A DNA stretch of 63,185 bases, filler included, from Candidatus Woesearchaeota archaeon (GTDB taxonomy: Archaea > Nanobdellota > Nanobdellia > Woesearchaeales > DATGWN01), in NCBI GenBank assembly GCA_047603125.1. It is 6 parts of 5 records of this genome, joined end to end, with 100 filler letters (N's around TTAATTAATTAA, not from the genome) between each part and the next. Parts side by side here need not be neighbours in the genome. Positions count along the whole stretch, not along the records: positions 8,271 to 12,890 come from JBLKOU010000001.1; positions 12,991 to 28,817 come from JBLKOU010000023.1; 4 more parts are not named here. One strand, written 5' to 3'. Shown piece by piece: positions 8,271-20,500 of this stretch. The notes under the pieces are model-generated. The model worked only from the letters and a program-made list of their open reading frames with translations. It ran no database searches and was not told where the DNA came from. The translations under genes and the position numbers were made by a program. The stretch's first letter is position 1; each line of letters starts with the position of its first letter.

Positions 8271-9713
8271 CCATTAGTGGAGACGTTTACGCGTTTAGAG
8301 CGGGCGAATTTTGATAGAAATCTTGAGATGGTGGGTATACGAACAAGCGATTTGGGTGATTTTCCAGTAGAGTTCATAAATTTACAAAATAGTCAACGTT
8401 TGCGAGATGTACAAACACTTGAGCCATCAGTGTATTTTGATTGTTCGGAGGTTGGTTGTACTGTTCGATATGGGTCTCAAGAACAACAATTTTTATTTGA
8501 GTCGGGTGCTCTTAGTAGTGATCAGATTTTTGTCACTCTCTCTCAAATTGCGGGTGTAGAGAATCTTGTGTCATTAACGGTTTCGCGTCCGAGACCTCAG
8601 CAACATGCACTTCCTGCTTCAGATGAAACAATTGTTGATATATTGTATCAGTGTGAAAATGCAGATTGTGCGCTTCAATTTCGTTCACCAAATGAGACGA
8701 TTAGATATAAACCTTCATTTGCTCCTCCTCAACAGACCTTTTTTTGTCATCCACAACAACGAACAAGTGGAAATATCAGTTTAAGTGTTACGGATAAAAT
8801 AACGGGCGAGCCTTTGGAAGGTATCGGTGTTACTTACTATTGTGGTGATGAAGCGTGTCCAATACTTGTTACGAATTCAGATGGTAGCGGAAAGGCTCAA
8901 TTTCCTATTTGCGGCGGTGGTACTCTTGAGTTTTTTGGCGGCGATTATAGAAAAAAATATGTGGATATTTCAACAACTCGTGGGGAAGAGATGCATTTGG
9001 ATGTTGAATTGATTAGACCTGAACAGCGGGAAGCTACTGTTCAGCGATATTTATATGAGAAAGTTCCTGTGCAGGTTGGTCCTATTCACAATCCTCGTAT
9101 TGAATGGGTTTGGGGTAATTTATCTCAAGAGCCAAGAGACTTGCGCATGACATTAGATGGTGGCCATGAAGTTGCATATGTGACATTTGAAAAAGTAGAT
9201 CTGGATCCTCGTGAGGACCCGTTTACGTTTGGTTTTGAATATGATGTTTCAAAAGCTCAAGGGGTTGTCGTGGATGGGCAAAATACGGGAGAGAGTGTTT
9301 TTGTTGATATTTTACCTGGTGAGTATAAGGTAACAGTACTTACTGTCTTGTATGAGGATATTGTTATTCCTGAGTGTTCTTACCGTGAGGGAAGCCGACC
9401 ATTTAGAATAACAGTAGTTGAACCTGAAGTTGATTTTCGTGGTCAATTTCCTAGTGGAGGCGTGACGCTAGATCAAACAACGAGTTTTTGGGAATTTACT
9501 AAAGACGATTTTCAAGAAAGCGATTTAATTATTTTTTCGGCAATAACGGTGGAAATTCCGGAATTATTAGATCAATATAGATTATCTGATGGGACTGTTC
9601 CTAGTTGTCGTGTAAGAGCAAAAGATATGGAAGCAATCGAGCATATTCCGGAACTCACAATAGACAATATTGATAAAGTACTGCCTCGTGCAATAAGGAG
9701 GAATGATGAATAA
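8271..9713 (+). CDS. Hypothetical extracellular protein, 5' truncated, with carboxypeptidase-regulatory-like beta-sandwich
   Basis: Open frame from the contig edge; SVTDKITGEPLEGIGV...TNSDGSG motif; Cys pairs. Confidence 0.65.
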   Translation, partial: PLVETFTRLERANFDRNLEMVGIRTSDLGDFPVEFINLQNSQRLRDVQTLEPSVYFDCSEVGCTVRYGSQEQQFLFESGALSSDQIFVTLSQIAGVENLVSLTVSRPRPQQHALPASDETIVDILYQCENADCALQFRSPNETIRYKPSFAPPQQTFFCHPQQRTSGNISLSVTDKITGEPLEGIGVTYYCGDEACPILVTNSDGSGKAQFPICGGGTLEFFGGDYRKKYVDISTTRGEEMHLDVELIRPEQREATVQRYLYEKVPVQVGPIHNPRIEWVWGNLSQEPRDLRMTLDGGHEVAYVTFEKVDLDPREDPFTFGFEYDVSKAQGVVVDGQNTGESVFVDILPGEYKVTVLTVLYEDIVIPECSYREGSRPFRITVVEPEVDFRGQFPSGGVTLDQTTSFWEFTKDDFQESDLIIFSAITVEIPELLDQYRLSDGTVPSCRVRAKDMEAIEHIPELTIDNIDKVLPRAIRRNDE

Positions 9714-12700
9714 GAGTGTTTTTGTGTTTATGGTGTATTTAGTGTTGTCTTTACCTGTTATCTTTAGTATAAGTATGTCTGTTGAAGTCCGAGGTCAAGA
9801 TAATTTGCCCGTTGTTCGAAGCACGGATGATGTAACGATTCGTACGAAAATAAATGGGTTTGATGGAACGAGTGATGAGGTAAAAGACGCGCTCAGTCTT
9901 TATGTAAGAGATCTTCCTCACTCGTTTTCAAGCTGTCGTTTGGAAGGAGCGGATTCATTTATCTGTACAACAACATTGGAGAATTTTCGTCAGGACGGTA
10001 CCAGAACAGAAGTAGGAGTTCAATTTGAACCAGGTTCTGAGTTTGAATCTGCGAGTGCAACTATATATACTGATCGTGTTGCCCCAGAAATTTCAAATTT
10101 AAATGTTCGTCAGCAATCAACTGATATTGTTGTAAGCTTTCGTGTAAAGGATATATTAGTTTTGGATGTTAATGAATTTCCAGGAATCTGTTCGGGTCTG
10201 GATAGTGTTTCAATTTATATCGATAATGAGCTTGAGCGAACAGTGGATGTTGATCGAAATTGTGAGTGGCAAGAATTCGAAGAGACAATTGATGCCTCAC
10301 ATTTAGAAAGTGGACGCGCGCAAATAAAAATTCGCGCTGTTGATGTTTTTGGAAATAGTCGAACACGACAGATACAACATAATTTTAATTTTGATAGAGC
10401 AGTTCCTTCAAATATTCATATTATTAATGCTCGAACTGGTCAAAATGTCACTTATATTGGAGAGGTATCAGAAAACCATCGTGTTCGATATGTTGTTCCT
10501 TCCCTTGTTGATGGTTCTCGAACAACGGTTACGATTAATGGAAATGAAGTTTCCCAATCGGCTTGTTCCGATTTGTGTACTTCAGGAACATTTCATATAA
10601 CAGAACCAGGTCAACAAACAATTGTTATTAATACAACAACGCGGTATGGCGTACAAGAAACAACAACAAAAACAATTACTGTTGGCCAAGATACCACGCC
10701 GCCAGAAGTGAGTTCTGTTTCGACAAATTTATTTAGCGGCGATACATTATACTTAAGTTCACGTGCGCGTGTTGTTGCTGACTTTATAGAGGAGCAAAGT
10801 GGAATGCACCAAGCAACTTTATATCTTGACGGTCGTGAACATACGGGTTCGTGCGAGCAGGCACGCTGTGTGTGGGAGTTTGATTTTTCTTCACCTGATG
10901 GAAATTATACTGGTGTCATTCAAGCAAGTGATCGTGTGGGAAATCAAATGGATTCCTATGAGGTAGAATTTGTCCGCGATACTGCAAATCCAATGGTTAC
11001 TGACATTGATTTTGAGATTTTAGATGATACATTACGGCTTCGTTCAGGAGGGCAATTGCGTATCTTTTTTTCAATTGATAAGGATGACATAGTAGAGGCA
11101 TATGCTAATTTTAGTTTATTGGGTGGAAATGAGCGAGTTTCTGCTTCACAACATGAACCTGGTGCTTGGTCGGTTTCGAGTGGGAGATTGGGGGATGCGT
11201 ATGCCGAAGAACCAGTATTAATTTTTGTTCGTGACGGAGCAAATCGAACTTCTTGGACGAGAACAGAAGAGTTTGAATTATTGCAAACTGTTGATATGTC
11301 TAATATTACTTATTTTTCACCCTCGTATACGTTATCTCCACCTGCGCTTGAAAAAACAACATCACAATTCGTTGCGCAACGCTTATTTAGTACTATTCAC
11401 GTAAAGCCAAAAGTTTCAGATGTGCGAGTTCTTGATGTTGAGTTTACGGGTCTTTGTCAAACACCAGGGGGTGAATCTGCGCAGGTAAGTAATGTATTTT
11501 CTAGTATAGATACGATGCGAGGAACAAAAGATGACATTTTAACATTAATCTTTGCAACTCGAGCAGTCTCATTAAGGGGTTTAGATGGAATTCGAGTTGA
11601 ATGTTTTTTTGATATTTCTGGGCGAACATCGACAGGGTTTATTGATCGAGAAAGTCATTCAGTACTTATAGAAATACCGTTTTATGAACTTTCCGTTGGC
11701 GAATTAGGGGATTCATATTCGGATGAATTGCAAAAAGCTATCGATGATGCTGAAAATTCTTTAGGAGCCAAAATTAATTCTTTTAGAGAATTTTGGGACT
11801 TAGCAGAGAAAATCTGCTCACTTTTTTTAATGCTAAAGGAGTTATCAGACATTTTGCACAATGTGGGATATATTTTTAGTGGTTTGGCGAAATTGCCTGT
11901 GGTGGGTTGGTTTTTTGAGGGGCCGGAACGCTCGCTTTGTGAGTTAGGTTCAGGCTCGGGCGATGTTTCAGATACGGCAATGATGTCCATTCGTGGTGTT
12001 TGTCAATTCATTACTTGTGAGCGCTCATTGAGTGGCGCAATACTTGGTGCATTCGATGTTCCCGGGTTTGATTCAGAAGGGGCGGTTTCTGTTCAACAGT
12101 GGCTTGGAAATCAAGCAAATAATCCGGATGGATACTTACCGAATCCTACTGATATTAATTTGTTAGAGGACAGAACACCGGGTGGAGATGGGGTAAATCC
12201 TAATGCTGGTAGTGTTGACGATTTTTATGGCTTTAGTAAACTTTCTAATGATAATCTGGTTTGGGCAACAGCGAACTTGTGTATTAGTGGTATTTTGAGA
12301 AATCTAGAGCAATCACGTCAGATTAAATGTCAGTATGCAGTTTGTTTGCGAGATGAAGTTCCTGCGGGTGTTCCTAAGCAAGCTTGTGATGAGCAGAAGC
12401 GATATGCAGGATGTCAATATTTGTGGGGGAATGTTTTTGGAGCATTGCCAATTTTGTCAATGTGGGATTTTTACATGGGACAAATTCAAGCATTGTTTGC
12501 AAATCCTCTTGCGTTAGTTGGTTGGGGAATGTCTGCTCGGTGTAGGTATCACTGTACAAAAACACGTGCGACTGTTCCTATTCATATGAGCTGTAGTGCA
12601 ACGCAGTTATTGAATCAAATTGGTCGTTTGTCTGGTTTGGTCTCAAATGTTGATGATCTGTTCTCTTCAGATCCTGGGTTAAATTATTGTGATATTTTAG

Positions 12701-12717
12701 ATGAGGGGAGTGGATGA
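9703..12717 (+). CDS. Large secreted protein with tandem Ig-like domains and a Cys-rich C-terminal region
   Basis: Signal peptide; repeated D.tpP / A.D..GN Ig-like motifs; many Cys in the last 300 aa. Confidence 0.75.
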   Translation: MMNKSVFVFMVYLVLSLPVIFSISMSVEVRGQDNLPVVRSTDDVTIRTKINGFDGTSDEVKDALSLYVRDLPHSFSSCRLEGADSFICTTTLENFRQDGTRTEVGVQFEPGSEFESASATIYTDRVAPEISNLNVRQQSTDIVVSFRVKDILVLDVNEFPGICSGLDSVSIYIDNELERTVDVDRNCEWQEFEETIDASHLESGRAQIKIRAVDVFGNSRTRQIQHNFNFDRAVPSNIHIINARTGQNVTYIGEVSENHRVRYVVPSLVDGSRTTVTINGNEVSQSACSDLCTSGTFHITEPGQQTIVINTTTRYGVQETTTKTITVGQDTTPPEVSSVSTNLFSGDTLYLSSRARVVADFIEEQSGMHQATLYLDGREHTGSCEQARCVWEFDFSSPDGNYTGVIQASDRVGNQMDSYEVEFVRDTANPMVTDIDFEILDDTLRLRSGGQLRIFFSIDKDDIVEAYANFSLLGGNERVSASQHEPGAWSVSSGRLGDAYAEEPVLIFVRDGANRTSWTRTEEFELLQTVDMSNITYFSPSYTLSPPALEKTTSQFVAQRLFSTIHVKPKVSDVRVLDVEFTGLCQTPGGESAQVSNVFSSIDTMRGTKDDILTLIFATRAVSLRGLDGIRVECFFDISGRTSTGFIDRESHSVLIEIPFYELSVGELGDSYSDELQKAIDDAENSLGAKINSFREFWDLAEKICSLFLMLKELSDILHNVGYIFSGLAKLPVVGWFFEGPERSLCELGSGSGDVSDTAMMSIRGVCQFITCERSLSGAILGAFDVPGFDSEGAVSVQQWLGNQANNPDGYLPNPTDINLLEDRTPGGDGVNPNAGSVDDFYGFSKLSNDNLVWATANLCISGILRNLEQSRQIKCQYAVCLRDEVPAGVPKQACDEQKRYAGCQYLWGNVFGALPILSMWDFYMGQIQALFANPLALVGWGMSARCRYHCTKTRATVPIHMSCSATQLLNQIGRLSGLVSNVDDLFSSDPGLNYCDILDEGSG

Positions 12718-12793
12718 TGATGAAAATTAGACATATGTCTGAAAAATTAGACATTACACGCTTAGTTTATGTTTGGTGTGGGGGTGAGATGTA

Positions 12794-12890
12794 ATGAAAA
12801 GGGGGTTTGTAGTTATAATTTGGATTATGGTTTTACTTGCGATGAGTTCTGTATTTTCTCAGGCATCTTTACCGGTATTAGAAGCGAGAG
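12794..12890 (+). CDS. Start of a secreted or pilin-like protein (cut by gap)
   Basis: GGTGAG RBS, then MKRG-FVVIIWIMVLLA. Confidence 0.4.
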
Positions 12891-12990
12891 NNNNNNNNNN
12901 NNNNNNNNNNNNNNNNNNNNNNNNNNNNNNNNNNTTAATTAATTAANNNNNNNNNNNNNNNNNNNNNNNNNNNNNNNNNNNNNNNNNNNN
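12891..12990. other. Artificial contig linker
   Basis: N44-TTAATTAATTAA-N44. Confidence 0.98.
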
Positions 12991-12991
12991 A

Positions 12992-13066
12992 TCCCTGTCA
13001 TTTTTTATCACCAATTATAGTTTTTTAAACTATAATAAAAAATGCGGGGTTTAACATACAATCATA
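12992..13066 (-). repeat. Contig-terminal repeat, second copy of 1-75
   Basis: Exact 75-bp identity with 1-75. Confidence 0.75.
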
Positions 13067-13152
13067 ACTAGTTGTTGCAGGGTTTGCTTTAAATACGTTT
13101 CTATAGTACATTATCTCAATTTATTTAAAGATCGAATATAATCTTTACAGTT

Positions 13153-13563
13153 ATGAATATACTCCATAAAACAGTCAATCTCAATACCGAATATGGCCTG
13201 ATTGATATTACGCAGCATATTGAACAGCTTGTAACTGAGAAGACACAGATGATTCATGTATTTTGCGCCCATACAAGTGCATCACTTTGTTTTTGCGAGG
13301 GTTTTGACGCTTCTGTGCTTGATGATTTACAATCATTCACACAAGATCTTGTGAGCGAAAAACGCTCCTATATCCACTCATATGAAGGTCCAGATGATAT
13401 GCCTGCTCATATTCGCAGTGTTTTTACACAGACAAGTGTGCATATTCCTGTGCAAGATGGAAAATTATTACTAGGAACATGGCAAAAACTCTTTTTATGG
13501 GAGCATAGAAAGGAACAAAAAACACGAAGTCTTATTGTGTCTTTGTATGAGCTTGAAAAGTAG
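13153..13563 (+). CDS. yjbQ: YjbQ/UPF0047 family (secondary thiamine-phosphate synthase)
   Basis: HTSASL, HSYEGPDDMPAHIRS, LLGTWQ.LFLWEHR motifs. Confidence 0.92.
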   Translation: MNILHKTVNLNTEYGLIDITQHIEQLVTEKTQMIHVFCAHTSASLCFCEGFDASVLDDLQSFTQDLVSEKRSYIHSYEGPDDMPAHIRSVFTQTSVHIPVQDGKLLLGTWQKLFLWEHRKEQKTRSLIVSLYELEK

Positions 13564-13604
13564 AAGGAAAACCACCCACTTATAATAATTTTTGCTAAAA
13601 AGAC

Positions 13605-14147
13605 TCAGCGTTTCTTTGCACGAGTCGTTTTCTTTTTGGTTGTTTTTTTCGCAGTAGTCTTTTTCTTTGCTGCCTTTTTCACAACTTTTTTCGTTGTTTT
13701 TTTCTTAACAGCAGGTTTTGTAATGCTTTTTTGGACAATTGCAGGTTCACTTCGTTGATTAACTGGACTGGTACTCAGTCGAGTATGTGTTGCAAATTGT
13801 TGCCAAATATGTATACCCATAATAACAACTGCTACATGCAAGGCAAGTATGAACAATGCAATAAGATATGTTATTGGATCGCTAATGCCTGTTGAGCGAA
13901 GATGAAATATTCCGGAAAAGCCATCTATTATTCCTACGACATTTAAGACAATGGATGCAATAATGGAAGGTTTATTCTTAATAAGAACACCAAAGCCAGC
14001 CATCGCCATAAAGAGTGCGTAAATAAATAATAATGTCGCAAACTGTGCTGATGCGTACACTCCTGCAAAAATTGCAATAACAAAATACAAAAGTGTGAGA
14101 GCTATGTGTATACCAAATACTCTTTTTAGGAAACGAAATGTTATCAT
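13605..14147 (-). CDS. Four-TM membrane protein with Lys/Thr/Ala-rich H1-like C-terminal tail
   Basis: Four hydrophobic helices, then KKKTTKKVVKKAAKKKTTAKKTTKKKTTRAKKR. Confidence 0.75.
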   Translation of the reverse strand: MITFRFLKRVFGIHIALTLLYFVIAIFAGVYASAQFATLLFIYALFMAMAGFGVLIKNKPSIIASIVLNVVGIIDGFSGIFHLRSTGISDPITYLIALFILALHVAVVIMGIHIWQQFATHTRLSTSPVNQRSEPAIVQKSITKPAVKKKTTKKVVKKAAKKKTTAKKTTKKKTTRAKKR

Positions 14148-14153
14148 GGATAA

Positions 14154-14528
14154 TTACTGGACATTAGTATTTATAAAGGTTTTTTTTGAAAACATTGTTT
14201 GAACATATGCTTGCGCATCAGGATATGTACAAAATTCTTGATAAATTGCCTGCAAGTGTTCACCTTTCTTTAGTCTGTTCTCAAGTTCATATTCAAGAGC
14301 AAAGCGTGTGCAAATTTCTGTTGCAAATTCCTTATTTACTTGCTGCTCTGCGAGCTGTTGGTGTATTTGCTCCATAGTTTTTCCTGAATTTAATTGATTT
14401 TGCAAGTATTCCTTCCATTCGGGTGTGATAATACGGACAAGATTGTGAAGTCTAAATAAGTCAATTTGTCCTAGGGGCTTTGCAATTGGTTTTTGGTCAG
14501 GAGTTTGGCTGTTTATTGTTTGTTGCTC
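14154..14528 (-). pseudogene. In-frame continuation of the giant protease after a single TAA (detached cytoplasmic tail)
   Basis: Same frame as 14529-22697 (offset 375 nt) and open from the stop codon to 14154; no ATG in the first 49 codons. Confidence 0.55.
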
Positions 14529-17500
14529 TTAATCAAGAGGTTTGACCAGTGTTTTTCTCGGACGCTTTTTTGTTACTGCACTTACAAACATATACGTTCC
14601 AAAAGAAACGACGACAAGCGCCATTGCGCCCAGTAAACTAAACCAAACATAATCTTGTAATGAATAACCTTCTGATGGAGATTCTGACGTTTCAGTCATA
14701 TTTGTCTGAGTCGCATTTGTTGTAGTTTGTGCAGTACTTTGTGAGTCTTCTTGTTCATCTTGTTCTTCTGAATCTGTTGTATCTTCAGGTTGTGTATCCT
14801 CGTCTTCAGTATCTGCAGGAGAATCAATGATGTCATCGGGATTGTAAAGAAGTATCGAACCTCCCCCATTCCCATTTGAATCGTCTGAATCATCTTCGTT
14901 AGGAGGGGGTGGAGAACATGATGAGCTTTGATGACCAGAAGCACAACAATATCCGGATGACTCGACGCTTTGCGCACAAATACAGTCCTCTGTTATTTGT
15001 TGTCCTATTGTACATTGCGGGTATTCTTCCACAAGTACAAAGTCTGAAAACGAAGGTGTGGAAAAAGAAAAGAGTATTCCATACGGAGTGTTTTGTTGGT
15101 GAATTGAGACTGGTAATCGTTGTGAGTATGTTTGATTTTTGTCTACGTCGTGATAAATTGCAGGATTAGAAAATGTATCTGCGTAATAGGCATAAATAGT
15201 TGCATTGCCATATGTTGATGCGTTAACAGTATATAATTGTAGTTGTTCTTTTACAAATTCATTGTCCAAGGCAAGTTCATTTGATTGTAATCTTCGCGCA
15301 CTTGCCGATACATCACTGCTATTAAGACCAGTTATGTGTGAAATTTGACTTTCTAAAGGGGTTTGTGTGAAATCTGCAATTCGTTGCAGAACTGAAGTTT
15401 GAATTGTTTGCGTATTATTAATGAATACTTGGAATGTATCTGTTCCTAAATTTCCATATAAATCAATTGCTGCAATTGTCAAATTTGTTTGTCCATCTGC
15501 AAAGAGGCGAGAATTAATGAGGAATTCATATGTGTGAGAGTCTGGATCAAATGAAGTAGGTTCTAATACTAGATCATGTTCTTCTTGCATTTGAGTTGCG
15601 TTTTCAGGGGTCATATTTTCATGCAATGTAATATATTTTGCAAGAGGGTAAGCATATTCATACGTTGATTTATTAATTGTTACTTGTAAGAGAAATGTGT
15701 CCGAAATAATTGCGGGAAGCGTATTTATTTTTTCAATAATAGGGGGTTGGTCATCTAAAAAGTATTCAAAAGTGTATATGTACCGGTCACCCGCTAAACT
15801 TGAGAGATTGAAAGTGATCTGATCAATTATCTCATCAATAGCAACTTGCCCAGAATAATTTTCTAAAGAAGTTTGTGTTTGGTTTAGTACATAATAACTC
15901 TCTGATAAATTTGCATTTGCAATAGTAAAATTAATAGAATTTATGTTTGTTGGAATAAAGCTACTATTTTTCAGGCTTGCTGTTACTATTGGTTGCGAGA
16001 CAACTTCAATAGAAGAGTTTTGCTGATGTACATTTCCAAAAATATCTTCAAACAAAACGGTGTAATTATATATCCCTGTTTGATTTGGACTTAAAAAAGA
16101 ATATGAATACGAGTACATACTTGTAACTAAGGATGCGCTCAACTCCGAAAGTGAATGTATGGTTTGATTAAACATAATCTGTGGGTTAATTGGCTCATAA
16201 TCTGGAGAGTAAATCGTGAAACTTGTGGAAAAAGTTGTGTTTTTTCCTACATTTGTGTGTGGCTCTACTTGTGTGATTTTAGGCTGAATTGTAGCGATGG
16301 AAAAGTCGTATCGCTGCGGCAACTCTAAATTTCCAGCAGTGTCTAGTGAGCGTATGAACAGAGACGTTGAATTATGTACTTGGAAGGGTTCTAAATATGT
16401 TTGCCAAGAACCCCCTGCAAAACGATATTGTGTTTTATTTACTCCGTGCATATCAGACGCTTGTAAATGAATGGTAATTGAATCATTTTGCCATTGGGTA
16501 TAATCGATGAAAATACTATTTATGGAGGCATTAAGGCTTGTAATTGGTGGTTGATTGTCAATGATATGTGGGACATGTTGTTGGTATGTCTGATTATTTT
16601 CTGTTACCTCAAGAGTAAATTCTGATTTTGCAAGTGTATCTACTTGCCAAGTTGTACCTTCAATAAATGTGAATGCCTTTTGATCTAAAGTAATGTTTTG
16701 TAAAGGAGTTGTGTTTTCAATGTCAAGAGTTACTTGCACAGGTACAAAGGATTGTGATATATTGGGTTTGATGGAAATAGAATTGATAGTAAACGCATCG
16801 GGTGTATAGGACTCATTGACTGTAAAGGTAACCGTTGATTGATTGATTATACCCGATGATGAGTTTGCAAATGCAATGAGTGTATTCTCACCATTGGCAA
16901 AGTATCGTGTAATAGGCTGCTCATAAGTATGATTTGTTCCATTCCATGTGTACCATATGGACTGGGCAGACTCGCTTGCATTGAATTCGATGAGAATTGT
17001 TGTGTTTGTATAAAGCTGCTCAATTGGAGAAAGAATTGTTACCCAAACTGCAGTATCCACTTCAAAAGAAACTTGCTCTTGGGAAACTTGTCCTAGCGTA
17101 TTATTCGCCCAAACAGTAAGTGTATGTTCTCCATCAGAAGCGATGAGGGTTTGCGGTGCTTCATATGTTTGATTTGTCTCATTCCAATAAAACCAGATGG
17201 TGTCTATTTGTTCTCCCGTTACTGTAATATCTAAAGGAATTGTGTTTGTTGTATAAACTTGATTTTCTGGCGAGATTATGGTTATTAGTGGCGCTCCTGG
17301 TGATTGGATGGTAAAAGACTCTTGATTGAATGTTTGTGTATAATTTTGTGTGTCAGTTCGGTTAACTGAAAATTGATATGTTCCTGGTTCTAATGACCGT
17401 ACTGAATCATTAGTGATTGGAGTTTCATTTTGGTAGAGTGTGAAGTCACTCGTGCAATCGCTCCAGACTCTGAATGTTTGTGGGTATGTAACTGGTGATG

Positions 17501-20500
17501 TTTCATTAAATTGAACAGTACATGGACTAGTGTCCTGATTGACAACCAGCGTGAATGTGTCTATAGAAGGGTTCGCAGTATAATTCTGACCTCCTGTTGC
17601 ATTAAAAACATAATTATACGTTCCTGCACCTAATACGGTAATATCAGGAATAAATACTTGCTGTTCATTTCTGTATAAAAAGTATGAAATATCATCATCC
17701 CCGACATTTTCAGAAAGCACATTTATATCAGAAACAGCTCCATAGGAAATTGGTGTTGTTCCAGTTATGGTTCCTGTTAGTGCAACATTATTGATAGTAA
17801 ATGTTCCACCAATAAATGTAAAATCATAGTTTTCAATATTATCAATAGAAAGTGTCCCTTGCGTGATATCATATGTTCCAACGCTCTCACCCGTATTTCG
17901 AGTTAGACTGCCAGTAATTGTATCACCATATGCAAGACTGCCACTTGTGATTTGGTATGTTAATGTCGGATCTGAATCTCCAAATGTTTTACTCCTATCA
18001 TCAGCAGTGATTTCAATGCTTCGTTGAGTAATATTGAGATTAAAGATAGTTGAGACACTATCTCCCGAAGTATCATTCACAGATACATTCACATAATACT
18101 CACCAACATGAAGCGGCTGTGTCCAATTCAAGAAACCACTTTGGTTTATGGTGAAGTGGGTGGTGTCGTTGACCCAGAAAGTATCGATAGGCAGAGAGCT
18201 TGACACTTCAAACTGCACGCCTTCCCATACTTGGCCATAAGTAAGAGTTTGATTCTCAGGCATGGTAGGAAAATACATAAAATGCTCAGTCTCATCTTTT
18301 GAAAACCAAGCTGCTATTATACGTGCAAGTATGTCTTTTCCATAATGATTGAAGTGTAAACCATCACGATAAAAAAATTCTTGAGAAGTGCCTTCAAAAG
18401 CTGAATATAGGAAGTAATTTTGAGATATTTCATTTAGATTAATAAATCCTGTCTGCTTTTCCTCAGCAACCGATTGAAGAATAGTAAAAATATTTGGAAC
18501 AGCAAATTCTTGAAAATTATTTCCATTTGCTTCATTTGTTCCAGTCATAATAACAACATCAACATCATACCCATATAATGTACTAATATTATATCGTACC
18601 TTATCAATTATGTCCTCAAATGCGTCAGGAACAGTTGCATATTGCTCGTTATTATTACTCACCCCTCCAAAAATAACCATATCGGGCTGATAATCTAAAA
18701 TAGCTTTTTCAAAATCTAAATCTTTGTCAGGCCAGTTCCAGTTTTGCGAATCATTCCATTGCCCAATGCTTGTTCCCGACCCAACAGCAGAAATAATTTT
18801 CACATTCGAACCAGTATAATTTTGCTCAATGAATTCAGCTAATGGCGAATTACCAATATCAAGCATAATACTATCACCTACAAGCACAATAGTTACATTG
18901 TCACCTTCTTCTAATTTTTCAAGAGTTCGAGGCGTGTATTGGTGTCTAAATGATTCAGGTTCATAATTTAATGAAGGAACTTGCGCGTATAAGCTATCAG
19001 TCCATGTAAGAAGTTCTGCTTTTGAAGATTGCTCAAAAGTAACATTATAAAAATCAACATTTTCGCCACCTATCATAATAGATGTTGTGTTTGCTGTAAT
19101 TGGTGCTTGAACAATTACTTCATATGTTACTATTTCAGAAGGTGGTTGTGAAGAATTAAAAATATTCCAATTCTGAGTAATTAATTCAATTCCATCAGTA
19201 TCAAATGGATTTTCATAATCATAAACATGTAAACGCCCCCAATCTAAGCTTTCATTATAATAAAGTGAGACAATATGTACATTACCAGTTCCATTTGCAA
19301 CGACTGTAATTTTATAATAATCAAATGGTTCGACTTCTATTTGTGGAGAACGCCACATGTATGCGTCAGGCGTCGCTACAGGTTGGGACCATCCTCCCTC
19401 TTCAATGATAGACTGTGGGTAGTGGACATAGTGCCAGCCGAACTGGCGAGGGTCTGAAGAAAATGAGTACGAATACGGGTGTTCAAAATAACTTTGCTGT
19501 ATAGAGTACGCGCTCCAACCTGTTACAGAAAATGTGTAATTATCCTCATTTACATCTATAATGGAACATATTTCTGGAGAACAAATATTATTATTTCGAT
19601 AAATTATTCCATTTAAAACGCCAGTTCCATATAGAGATAATATAGCACTGCTGTTGAATTGCGAATTAGAAGAATTGATGTATGCATAATTTTTACTGAT
19701 GTTTATTTGCTTTAAAACATCTCCCTGCTCAAAGAACGTCTCATTCCAGTCTAAAAAAGTAACGGAACCATTTGAATTAAAAACAGTTACATTAGTATTC
19801 TCAATTGTTCCTTGTTCACTGTATCCAATATGTAATCCGGAGCGTCCTTCCGAAAAAACAGAACTATTTAAATAAAAATAACCTGAACTATTATGCATAT
19901 CTCTTCGATTATACCCTATTAACCCCCCTGTATAGTTAATTGTAGTACCAATAAAACCTGAATTATAAACAGTGATATTAACAATATTTCCATATTGGTT
20001 TCTACCTACCGCTCCACCAGCTGATTCTTCAGATAAAATATTTCCAGTTAAATTTAAAGTAGAACTCAGTAAATAATCACTCATTAAATACCCGATAAAT
20101 CCTCCTGCATTTTTTACTGCAGTAATATTTCCTGAAACAAATACACTAATATTTGTGACAGGAGATTTTCCATTACTAAGACTTCTCGTTCCAATAATGC
20201 CACCCGCATGATCCTGATTCGAACTAATTATACCAGTAATATTAATAATTGCGTTTGAAACTATTCCTGAGCCTAAACTACCCACCAACCCTCCTGCACT
20301 ATTTTGATTTGAGTTAACCTTGCCATTTAGTGTTACATTTACATATTCTAAAATACCATCAGCCAAAAAACCCATAAACCCTCCTGCTGAAGAAGTTGTT
20401 TTAGTTTTAACCAAACCGTTAATTATGGCAGTGGAATTTCTCACATAACTTTCATGATAGGGTATAGAATAACTTGATCCTATAAAACCACCCGCAATAT

